From: Eledone cirrhosa
Taxonomy: Eukaryota
NCBI GenBank assembly: GCA_964016885.1
Contig: OZ024758.1
Location: 14,074,001 to 14,138,000 of the forward strand
Direction: 5' to 3'
Length of the DNA stretch: 64,000 bases
The translations under genes were made by a program, and so were the position numbers. The notes under the pieces were generated by a model that saw only the letters and a program-made list of their open reading frames with translations, made no database searches and was not told the origin of the DNA. Shown one piece after another: positions 20,830-33,000 of the stretch. Positions within the stretch are counted from its first letter, which is position 1, and every line of letters starts with the position of its first letter.

Positions 20830-21559
20830 GTAAGTGTGTATATATGTGTAATTGTAATTAAAATAGTGTAACTCGTAAATGAGAATGACAAAATGTTCAT
20901 AAAATGTTTGTTTATGTTGTAATAACGAAAGTAAAGTGAGAAATCAGAATACAATTTATTTTTATTTACATCGTTACAAGAACCCAGAGTAGCAAAATCA
21001 GTAGAGTGCTGCACTAAAGACCTTCCAGTATTTAATTACAATTGTTTATATTCGTAGTTCAAATCCCATATACGTCGATGTTGCTTTCTGTCCATCTGGA
21101 GTCGTTAAAATAAGATAAACATCAACCAAGTATTGGGAATCCATTCAATCGTGTAACCTTTCTCGTATAAACAGACCTGTCAACTCTCCCTGTCCGATGG
21201 GGAGATCTCCCACCCACTTTGGGGTGGCTGAGAGATGTCTTCTCTTGTGAAAACGGGTATAGCTTTCATTATGTAAAATCTCCCCATTTTGCCTCATTTC
21301 TCCCCCTTTTTTCATGGTATTCCCCGTTTGGGTTTTTAGAAACTGGTAGGTCTGTATACTGAGTAGACCTTATGGAATTTCTAATCTTTGCCTTTCATAC
21401 TTCTGAGGTCGATAAAATGTACCAGTCAAATGCTGGGGTCAAATATTCATTTGTATCTCTTCCTTACTTCCTATTTATCAGGAAGAAATCAGTTGTATTT
21501 AGACATGGAGAGGGGGTGTGTTCCACCATGTTTTAAATACACCAAATTTGCCATATAAT

Positions 21560-23053
21560 AATAATAATGAAATTATTGTGTACAGTGCTCAGGTGCACTA
21601 CAACTCATCAAAGGTGCATGTATAGTACATAGAATAATGTACAAATGTCAGGAAAATAAACAGTGTATGAGTCATGATATAATAACAATAACAATAATGA
21701 AATATTGTGCACAGTGCCCAGGTGCACCACAACCCATCAAAAAAGTGCATGTACAGTACATAGGGCAATGCACAAACATCAGTAAAATGAACAGTGCACA
21801 CATGTGTGCATGTGTATGGAAGGGGCACATCAGGTGTAGTTTTGGCGTATTTCGGGAAGCATGAGTGTCTTAAAGGATGCAGTGTCTCGGCAGCTAACAA
21901 TTGACGCAGGCAGTTTGTTCCATGTTTCAGCAACTCTGAGCGTGAAAAAATGTCTGCGAAAGTCATGGGAGCTGTGCTGTTTTCTTATCTTGTAGGCATG
22001 TCCACGTGTGTTAGATACATGGAGATCAAAGAGGCGCTCAGGGTTGCAGTTGGCGAGATGGTTAAAAACTTTGTGGGTATTCACCAAGTCCACTGCCAGA
22101 CGTCGGAGCTTCAATGAATCCATGCCCAGGGAAGCAAGGCGTTCAGAGTATGGTAGGTGTCTGATGGAGGGTATGCGCTTGGTTGCACGTCTCTGAACAG
22201 TTTCCAGGAGGTCAATGTTCCGAGCAAGATAGGGGTTCCAGACTGATGATGCGAATTCCAAGTGTGGTCGCACCATAGCTGTATACAGTTTTAAATAGAT
22301 GGCTGGAGAGCGGCTAACAAAGGTCTTGCTGAGTGATGCCAAGACACCCTCGGCCTTCTTGACAATCTTAGAGACATGCTTTGTCCAACGCAAATCGTTG
22401 CTGACAGTAATGCCCAGGTCACGTTCACAAGAGGACTTTTTGATGTCAGTGTTGTGGAGGGAGTATGTGGACGCTGGATTTTTCCTTCCAAAATGCATGG
22501 TGGTACACTTGTCCACAGCCAGCTTCAGTTGCCAGTCTGTGATCCATTGCTGCATTGTGTCCAGGTCTGATTGTAGGAAAGAGTTGTAAATTTCAGGATC
22601 AGTCCTTTTGATTTCAAGGTACAGCTTGATGTCATCTGCATATTTTAGTACCGTGGCATTCTGTAAGTTGGCATCTATGTCATTAATATATGCCACAAAC
22701 AAAAGAGGACCAAGAACAGATCCCTGTGGTACACCAGATGACATCTCATATGGTGAAGAATGCTGTCCTAGAACTGTGACTACTTCCTTTCGGCTGAGAA
22801 TGAAGGATTTCAGCCAGTCGAAAAGATCATCCCTCACACCCATTGCAGAGAGTTTTGCCATAAGTCTTTTGTGTGGCACAGAATTAAAAGCCTTAGCAAA
22901 GTCAAGGTAAACAACATCCACCCATGAGCCGCTGTCAGTGATCCGGGTGATGTCCTCAAGGAACTCGATAAGCTGATCACAGCAGCTGGAGTTAGGGATA
23001 AATCCAAACTGTGAGGGCCGGATGAGGCTGTGAGAGCTCCAGAAGTTCCAAAT
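21560..23053 (-). mobile_element. 5'-truncated CR1-clade LINE with open RT C-terminal ORF
   Basis: YLDFAKAF, GVPQGSVLGPLLF, KYADD, VRPHLEFA and TRGH motifs in a 363-aa ORF; (ATT)n tail. 3' fragments recur near 18260, 28400, 38385, 43358, 46280 and 63165. Confidence 0.93.
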
Positions 23054-23756
23054 GCTATAATTGTTTCTACTTTAGGCACAAGGCAAGCAATTACCCAGTG
23101 CATTACTGGTACTTTATTTTATCGACCCCAAAAGGATGAAAGGCAAAGTCAACCTCGGCGGGATTTGAAGCTCCTACGACTCCATTAGTAGTTATAGACC
23201 CATGGATGGATGAATCAATCCATTTGTTGTAGACAATGTATTTGCTTTATTGTAAAAAAAAATGTGTCTTTTGTGGTTATGAAAACGGAAAAGGAAGGGA
23301 AATGCAAGGGCTCTAGGGTCACAGAAGAATGTGAAGGGAGGGTGATGGGATCTAGGCTTAGGGTGTGGTGGTATTGGGACTCTGCCCTGCAGACGAGACC
23401 CCAAAAGCATTCCCGCAGACAATGGCCAGCGACACCTGCTGCAACCGCCACCCCACCTTGCGGGGCTCCTTCCTCAGACAGGCTGCTGATGTTCCGATCT
23501 TGCAGAGGAGCTCAGCAGTACGGGGTCCAAGTATGCCTGAGGTCTCGACGGCAACCAGTGCGAAGAAGAAGTGACCAGATAATCCTCGGTACTTGTTTAT
23601 CTTCCTTTCCTCTGCATTGCAATGTATTTTGTAATCAAGAGAAATATATTTACCTTTTCTTTTAATGCTATTTTATTTATGAAATTTTTAGGTCATTATT
23701 GCTGAATAAAAACAAATTTTGAATAAAAAGGTAAAAACAAATAACTTTTGAATAAA

Positions 23757-24019
23757 ATGGCTGAGTTGCTGGGCTCTGATGTCTCCCTGGACTCACTTAA
23801 AGAGGACATTTCTGATGTAGAAGCAACCATTGGTGAATATATTTCTCGTCTTGGTCCTCTTTCTTGCCCATCTTGGAAGTACCCAAGTAAACAAGCAGGT
23901 GATATCAACATTGAACAGTTGTTGGTCCATTATTTAAATTTTCCCAACTTGCCTCATGACAGCCAGAAGAAGGCTAAACAAATAGCCCATATTGCTTTTT
24001 ATGATTTGCTCATTGACAG
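23757..24019 (+). CDS. CCDC157: CCDC157 coding exon 1
   Basis: Acceptor ends at 23691, ATG at 23757, donor GTGAGT at 24020. Confidence 0.9.
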
Positions 24020-27000
24020 GTGAGTCAGGTTTATCGTTTGTTCTTTGAATGTATTTGTGTTTTTGTTTTGTCTATTTGCTGGATTTTTGTTTTGAGTTCA
24101 TACTGATATGGTAGTAATAAAAGGGCCATGATGTTAGAGCTTTTATCGTAGCCTAATCTTTCCAGGAAGTTTCAAATATATCACTATGGGCTAACAACAG
24201 CTCCGATACGATGGGCATGTGGTTAGAATGTCACAGGAAAGAATCGCTGGACAGATTTTACAGGCAAAACCAACCAGCAAGAGACCCAGAGGTAGACCCT
24301 CAGCAAATTGGTTGGATAACATCCATGAGCTTGGCTGGTCTCACTTGGGGATCCAGCTGGATCAATTAGAAACAGTTTCTTCTGACAGGACTCACTAGAA
24401 GGAGTGTTGGAGGACTCTGTCCCCACAACCCTCTCAGGTATAAGTAGTCAAAGAAGAAGAAGACTAACAACACACTTGCTAAGTTTATAACATTGTTTAC
24501 TGATGTGATCTACACCAACCTTCACCATCTCTTATTGGTGAACACTAAGTTGTTTTGGTTGTTGCTTAGACCCAATATCAACTCTTACTCATTTCATACT
24601 AAATTGCCTGAAGCCAACTCTGGTTCTACGATATTAAGCTGTTTATTTTTAAGTGTATATATCCATCTAAAATCCTTCCATTCTTTTTTTTATATAAGAA
24701 AATTTGTTAAGTTCCAAAGACCAGCTAATAATGAGAAAGTTAGTTACATTCCTAATTCCTTTCAAATTCTTCCTTATTTTCAAAACTACATGAAAATCAT
24801 AGGCTGCATTATAAATATGGCAATGAAAGGGTTACTCAAGCAGTCTTATGATCAAAGGTATTCTAACCATGACCATACCATCTTTTATTCAGACATAGTA
24901 TATCTAGAACTATAATAATCTAATGTGTCCAGCTATTTTAAGACAGTAGTGTGATTTGAAGAATATTTGTCTGCTATTTCCAGCAGATCAAGCAACTCGG
25001 TTGAACTATAAGAGAGAGAGGTTACATATTTGAATTTATAATTAGGTTAACTGGACTAGTAAGAGTTAAGTATCTTGGTCATAGATGTAGCACAACCAAA
25101 GGAAGAAGATAACAGCTTCACTCTTCTAATTGTTAGTTACTATCTCCCATTTGTCTATTGAGGAGAGTAAACAAATTTCCTGCCACTACTTACATTAAAC
25201 TGGTTATTGTATACAATTCTTGGGTCTTTAACTCCTGATGGAGTCATAGGGGACCATAGTGATCATTTTTTCTAGGTTGTCTATGATGATTTTAAAAAAA
25301 CAACAGAATTAGTCGTTTAGTTTACATATTGAGACCCCACCCAATCGCATTTATTTTATAACGTATGGGATTTCTAGTAATGTACTTTCTTTGTCATGTA
25401 TAATATTTTTTAATGTATGAAGAAAATTGTCATTGGAATGTTACTACTTAAAATAAAATTTCACCGGAGACAGATTAGCAAAATTTAATAAACAGTGGAT
25501 GGAATATGAGCAGGGGTGGTGGAAAAAATCTGGAAAATTAATAAGCATGGAAGGGGGAAGATTATTCGAGACTCTAGAGTAATATATGTTTAGAAAGAAG
25601 AATTTAAAGTGAGTTTTTCTTTGTTTTGAATGAGTGACACTCATTTTTTTTTCTTTTGTATTTTCAGAATGGTTTATCTTCTTCATGCCTCAAGCGAATT
25701 TAGTAAAATTCTTCTGAAAACGATAACCAAAAGAAAGAATACAATATTCTTTAGTAATATAAGTATAGAGGCTGGCAACAATTCTGTAGGACTTGTTGCT
25801 CGTCGCAGCTGGCTTTTGCATGAATTCATGCAGAAAAGTTTGCTTCAGCTCTCAGAGGAAGTAAGTTTTTATTATAGATATATTTCTTTATTTCAAAATT
25901 AGAACTAATAGAGAAGTGTGAAAAGATTTGGAAAAGAAGAAACTTGATAGTTATATAGTTGGTTTAACCCTTTAGCATTTAAACCAGCTGTATCTGGCCA
26001 GAATTCTCTCCCCTCTTTCTATTTAAAGCAACCATATCTATCCACACATGAATTTGACTTAACTACAGTTAGTACTTTAATAAATCGATAACTGGTCACT
26101 CATACTTATATTAATGTACTGTTCTCAAAATAAACAACATCAAAATCTCATAGATTCGATATTATGTGAGATAAAGCCTTTACCACAAAAAAATTTGTTG
26201 ATCGACTTTCATCAAATCGGACTGAGGAAACAATGTTTCCGTTGGTCTTTCCAATTGCTAATACTATCTATCGGTCACAACTCCAGGTAGAAGGAACAAC
26301 ATGAAATAAAGTGTCTTGCTCAAGGACATAACGTATCGCCCGGTCCAGGAATCGAACTGACAACCCCACAATTGCGAATCCAGTTCTCTAACCACTCAGC
26401 TACACGCTTTCACTTATTGGCTCTCCTTTTACCACAAAAATACAAAAGTATATATAGAGTAATGTAAATGCTAAAGAGTTAAACTATTGGAAGTTATAAC
26501 CATGTTTTTTTTAGAGTCTCTGTGGCTTTATGTACAGTTTCTTATTTTACTTACAATAGAGTTTAGTTGATCTGTTATTTCATTTTTATGAATCCTTTTG
26601 AACGCTGTTTTAACTTTGGTAAAGTATTTCAATACAAATATATTAATTTTATTATTTTGATTTTTGTTTGTTTTTTCTTCAGCTAAAAAATGAAAAAAAG
26701 CATGTTGCTGAAAAGGTAAATAAAAACGAAGCCAGCCCTCGTAAATCAGTAGTAACTCGACCACAGTCTTCATTGTCTGTGAAGCATACATCCCCCGATG
26801 GAAGTCTCTATAGCAGCATATCAAAAGATGTGTGTTTGAAGTCAACCCAGACAGTTGAGACTGCTTTTGTGCCATGTGAGTCATGTTCTGCTATTCAGAG
26901 AAGTTTCAAAAAATCTGCCTTTTCCATTTCCAAGATGTGTCAAAACCTGAATCTACCATCGAATGTCAACAAGCTAATAGCAAAGTCGTTTGAGGATGAT

Positions 27001-30000
27001 TGCTGGATGTCATTCAATGAAATCACAAAGTATAGTTACGAACAGGAGAAAGATGTCTGTATTATTTGTCGACATATTGAAATGGTGGTGGCTGAAAGTG
27101 AGTCCCAGAAAGCAGAAACAGCATTATTGGAAAAAAAATACAAGTATAAAAATATTAAACTCTTTCCTTCAAGAAATTGTTCTCTCTCTCTCCTCCCTTA
27201 ACATTTTTTAATGATGCTCTAGCCCCTAGACACATTGCTTTGCTTGATTAAGTATAGGGTAAGGATAAATTTACCATAACTCCTTGTGGAGTCATAGAGG
27301 CACTGTCTTATGGCATGTCTAGGGCACTTTTAAACACTGATGGAGCCCAAACCCCTCCAGGTCTGAACATAGTTGATTTTTTCTATAGAGGAATAATGAA
27401 CCCCAGTACTGGACTGGTACTTCTTTTATTGACCATGAAAGGATGAAAGGCAAAGTCGATCCCAGCAGGATTTGAACTCAGAGTGCGTAATGAAGTGGGA
27501 CATTCTAACCAACGTCTTAACGACTGTGCCAATTTGCCACCTTATTAAATATACCTGGTACCCTGAAATGGGTTTCTGTTAGCTTTTCCAAGCTCATAAG
27601 ATAATTTGCAAGCCGATAAGATAAATTCAGCACTACAAATCAATGAACAATGCCTTTAGTGTGGGTGTCATGATAAACTATTCTCGGTAGAGTGTGAGTA
27701 TGAGATCGTATGTACATGAGTTACAGGCTGCCAGCCTGTCTGAGCACTCAGTGGAGTGTGGGAACATATGTACTACTACTGCTGCTGCTACTACTGCTGC
27801 TGCTGCTGCTGCTACTACTACTACTACGATTACTACTACTAATAATTGTTTCTACTATTGGCACAAGGCCAGCAATTACCCAGTACATTACTGGTACTTT
27901 ATTTTATCGACCCCGTAAGTATGAAAGGCAAAGTTAACCTTGGCAGGATTTGAACTCAGACTGTAAAGGGACGTAACTACTAATAATAATATAATTGTCT
28001 CTTCTATTGGCACAAGGCCAGCAATTATCCCAGTGTATTACTGGTACTTTATTTTATCGACCCCGTAAGGATGAAAGGCAAAGTTAACCTCGACGGGATT
28101 GAACTGGAAAGCATGGTGTCCGACCCTCTGCTAATAATAATAATGGTTTCTTATATAGGCACAAGGCCAACAATTTTAGGGGAGGGGAAAGTCAATTAAT
28201 AATACTAATAATAATAATTGTTTCTACTATTGGCACAAGGCCAGCAGTTATCCCAGTGCATTACTGGTACTTTATTTTATCGACCCCGTAAGGATGAAAG
28301 GCAAAGTTAACCTAGGCGGGATTTGAACTCAGAACGTAAAGGGCCATAACTTCATGCTGCAAAGCATGGTGTCTAACACTGTACCAATACTGCCAATCCA
28401 CCAGAATTTGTATATTATTTGTATATTATTCTATGTACTATACGCACACCTGAGCACTTTACACAATAATTTCATTATTATTATTATAATAATAATAATA
28501 ATAATGATAATAATAATGTTTCTACTTTTGGCACAAGCCCAGCAATTAGCCCAGTGTATTACTGGTGCTTTATTTTATCGACCCTGTAAGGATGAAATAG
28601 TTTGCTAGCTACAGATATGTTACACACTGTCATATTGCAAGTCTGTAAAGAAAACCTCAATATTTCATTTCATCTCTGTTCCATTAAATTGTTTACAACA
28701 GAAAGAAACTTTGGGTGGTCAGTCGACTTTCAAGAAATAGCAGCCTAATCTTCCTTAAATAGCACCCCTGCTATCTTAAAAATGAAAGGACACATCAAGC
28801 AATGTAGCTTAGAAAAGAAAAGTCACAATGATGATAAGTGATCATAGCTGTAATGTCATTGATCCCAATTCTGCTTGATCAGGAGGTAAAAAAAACAACA
28901 TCAACATCAACATCAGCAACAAAATGATTGGTCCCATATTGATTTTCTCACTATTACAGGTCATTGGAGAATCACCAGATAACAATTGAGAAAAAACTGG
29001 TCTTGGAGGAAGAGACACAGTTTGTTCTTCAAAAGCATCACCAAACCAAACTTAAAGAAATGTGTGGTGTGAAGATCAAACTAGAAGACCAGATGAAAAC
29101 AATAAGAAATGAGCTTAAATCATGCTGTGTGGAGCTGACCAAAGAAGAACAGAACACACAAGATTTAAGTAAATAAGTTTCAAAGATTGTCTTTAGAATT
29201 GTTAGTCTAGTGATGGTCTATCATCATCATCATCATCACCGTTTTACGTCCGCTCTTTCACGCTAGCATGGGCTAGACGGGTTGTCCTGTTGTGGGCAGT
29301 GTCCGGTCGGCTGACCTTCTCTTGCTCATACAGGAACTGATTCTGGCTTGATTTCTACAGCTGGATGCCCTTCCTAACACCAACCTCATTTACAGTGAGG
29401 ACTGGGTGCTTTTGTGCTGTGGCAGCTCCACGACCACTTTGCAGTGGAATGATAGGTACCCCAGTCCTATCATCTCATTTCTACAGCTGAGTAAACTGGA
29501 GCAATGTGAAATAAAGTGTCTTTCTCAAGGAAACAACACATCACCCGGTTTGAGAATTGAACTCACAACCTTTCGATTGCAAGACCAATGCTCTAACTAC
29601 TAAGCCATATGCCTATGTTTGCATGAATCCCGAAATATAAACAAATGGGGAATGAGATAGTAAGCCATAAGGGAAAATAAGAATTTTTCAATTTAGACAC
29701 AAAGTCAGCTGTTTTGGGAGGAGTGGAAAATTGATTATATTGATCCCAGTATTTAACTGGTATTTCATTTTATTGACTCCAGAAGGACGAAAGGCAAAGT
29801 TAACCTCAGTGGAATTTGAACTCGGAATGCAGAAAGTAGAAAGTCATAACTGAATAACACAAAGCATTATCATCACCTTATCACTGCAATGACCATGTAC
29901 ACATAATGGTTTGTACTATAGGCAGAAGGCCAGCAATTTTGAGGGAGGGGAAAGTTGATTAACCTTTTAGCATTTATATTACTCTATATTTACGACTGTA

Positions 30001-33000
30001 TTTTTGTGGTAAAGGCTTTATCTTACATAATTATCTCACATAATATCAAATCTACAAGATTTTAATGTTATTTAATTTGAGAGCAATACTTTAACATAAG
30101 TAAGAGCAGCCAGTTTGAACAGAAAGAGGTGAGAGAATTCTGGCCAGATACGGTTGGTTTAAATTGACCCCAGTGCATTACTGGTGCTTTATTTTATCGA
30201 TCTTGTAAGGATAAAAGGCAAAGCTAACCTCGGTGAGGTTTAAACTCAGAATGTAAAGGGTCGTAACTCTATGCCGCGAAGCAGGGTGTCAGACGCTCTG
30301 CCGATACTGCCCGAATACAATGATAATGTAGGTTCATTGTATTTTCTTGTTTTAGAGTTGATAAATGTAAATCTCTCCAATATCTTCTCATTTTAGAGTC
30401 GATAAATGCTCAGTTGACTGAAGAATTAAAGAAACAGACAGAAGCTGCTGAAAAGAAAGAGAAATTTATGGTAGAAGTGAGCAAACTGCGTTCAGAAAAC
30501 ATAGAATTTAGCAAAAAAACTGTAGAATGGAGTAAAGAACTAGCACGAGAACAAGCAAAGAGTAAGAGTATATTGAAATGTTGTGAGGTTTGTTGAATAC
30601 CTATTTACATTAGAATCTACATTACTGTATTTTCATGGTAAACACTTTATTTCACATATCTCACATAATATCGAATCTGAGATTTTGATAGTATTTATTT
30701 TGAGAACAATACTCTAACATCAGTATGAGCAGCCGGTTATGGCCAGTTTGAACAGAAAGAAGTGAGAGAATTCTGGCCGGATATGGCTAGTTTAAATGCT
30801 AAAGGGTAAATTTATGCTAACATAGAAAATGGATGTGAAATAAATGTTAATGATAATGATGTTACCAATTATTTTCTGTGATCTCTATTGAAGTTTCCCA
30901 TGTCATTGAAAGTACAGGTGATTACTGAGGGTCATGCATGACTGTCAATTACAGTTTAGGATGTAACTCCATCAAATAGATGGTTCATTTGTCAAGTGGG
31001 TTGGGCCTTGTCAAATCAGAGCAAGGAAACACTGTTTCCATTGGTCTTTCCACTGCTGATACCATCTACCGATCTCAACTCCTGGTAGAAGAAGCAACGT
31101 GAAATAAAGTGTCTTGCTCAAGGACACAATACATTGCCCGGTCCAAGAATTGAACTCACAACCTCACAATTGCAAATCCAGCTCTTTAACCACTGAGCCA
31201 TCCACTTTCACGACTTTTGTAATATGTTATTTTGAAATCATGTTTTATGTTGATTTAGTCAATGGAAAAGAAACAGAATTTATTGTTGGAACGAGTTGAA
31301 AAACTAAGTGAAGAAAACTCCAAACTTCATGACCAGATAGCAGATCTTCTGGATGACACTGATGAAAACCAAGAGAAATATGAAGAATTACTCCAAGAGA
31401 AACTATGTTTACAAAAGCAATTAAAGGACAAAGAGGTAACAACTACCTTTATTAACTTAGTCCAATTTTATAGGCCATAATTTCCAAATAATGATTTCTT
31501 ACATTGGCCCGAGGCCATCAATTTGTGGTGAAAGGACATAGCTGATTGAAATGTTTCCAGCCTATAACTAGCATTTATATTATTTATCCTAGAGAGAACT
31601 TCTTTTCATTGCCCACTTATTCTTGAGAGGGTTGTGGGGGCAGAGTCCTCAAACGCTCTCTCTAGAAGGTCCTGTCAGAAGCAACCGTATCCCACTGATC
31701 TGGCTGGATCACCAAGCGTGACCCGCCAAGCTCATAGATGTTATCCAACCATCTTGCTCTGGGTCTCCTGCCGGTTGGTTTTGCCCGTAAAATCTGTCCA
31801 GTGATTCTTTCCTGAGACATTCTAACCACATGTCCAGTGATTCTTTCCTGAGACATTCTAACCACATGTCCAGTGATTCTTTCCTGAGACATTCTAACCA
31901 CATGTCCAGTGATTCTTTCCTGAGACATTCTAACCACATGTCCAGTGATTCTTTCCTGAGACATTCTAACCACATGTCCAGTGATTCTTTCCTGAGACAT
32001 TCTAACCACATGTCCAGTGATTCTTTCCTGAGTCATTCTAACCACATGTCCAGTGAGATATTCTAACCACATGTCCAGTGATTCTTTCCTGAGACATTCT
32101 AACCACATGTCCAGCGATTCTTTCCTGAGACATTCTAACCACATGTCCAGCGATTCTTTCCTGAGACATTCTAACCACATGTCCAGTGATTCTTTCCTGA
32201 GTCATTCTAACCACATGTCCAGTGAGACATTCTAACCACATGTCCAGTGATTCTTTCCTGAGACATTCTAACCACATGTCCAGTGATTCTTTCCTGAGAC
32301 ATTCTAACCACATGTCCAGTGATTCTTTCCTGAGTCATTCTAACCACATGTCCAGTGAGATATTCTAACCACATGTCCAGTGATTCTTTCCTGAGTCATT
32401 CTAACCACATGTCCAGTGAGACATTCTAACCACATGTCCAGTGATTCTTTCCTGGGTCATTCTAACCACATGTCCAGTGAGACATTCTAACCACATGTCC
32501 AGTGATTCTTTCCTGAGTCATTCTAACCACATGTCCAGTGATTCTTTCCTGGGTCATTCTAACCACATGTCCAGTGAGACATTCTAACCACATGTCCAGT
32601 GAGACATTCTAACCACATGTCCAGCGATTCTTTCCTGAGACATTCTAACCACATGTCCAGTGATTTTTTTCCTGAGTCATTCTAACCACATGTCCAGTGA
32701 GATATTCTAACCACATGTCCGGTGATTCTTTCCTGAGACATTCTAACCACATGTCCAGTGATTCTTTCCTGGGTCATTCTAACCACATGTCCAGTGAGAC
32801 ATTCTAACCACATGTCCAGTGAGACATTCTAACCACATGTCCAGTGATTCTTTCCTGAGACATTCTAACCACATGTCCAGTGATTTTTTTCCTGAGTCAT
32901 TCTAACCACATGTCCAGTGAGATATTCTAACCACATGTCCAGTGATTCTTTCCTGAGACATTCTAACCACATGTCCAGCGATTCTTTCCTGAGACATTCT

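Noticed and set aside
23210-23665. 151-aa ORF upstream of CCDC157 coding exon 1
   Set aside because: Overlaps a repeat also found inverted near 38790-38890; no recognisable domain.
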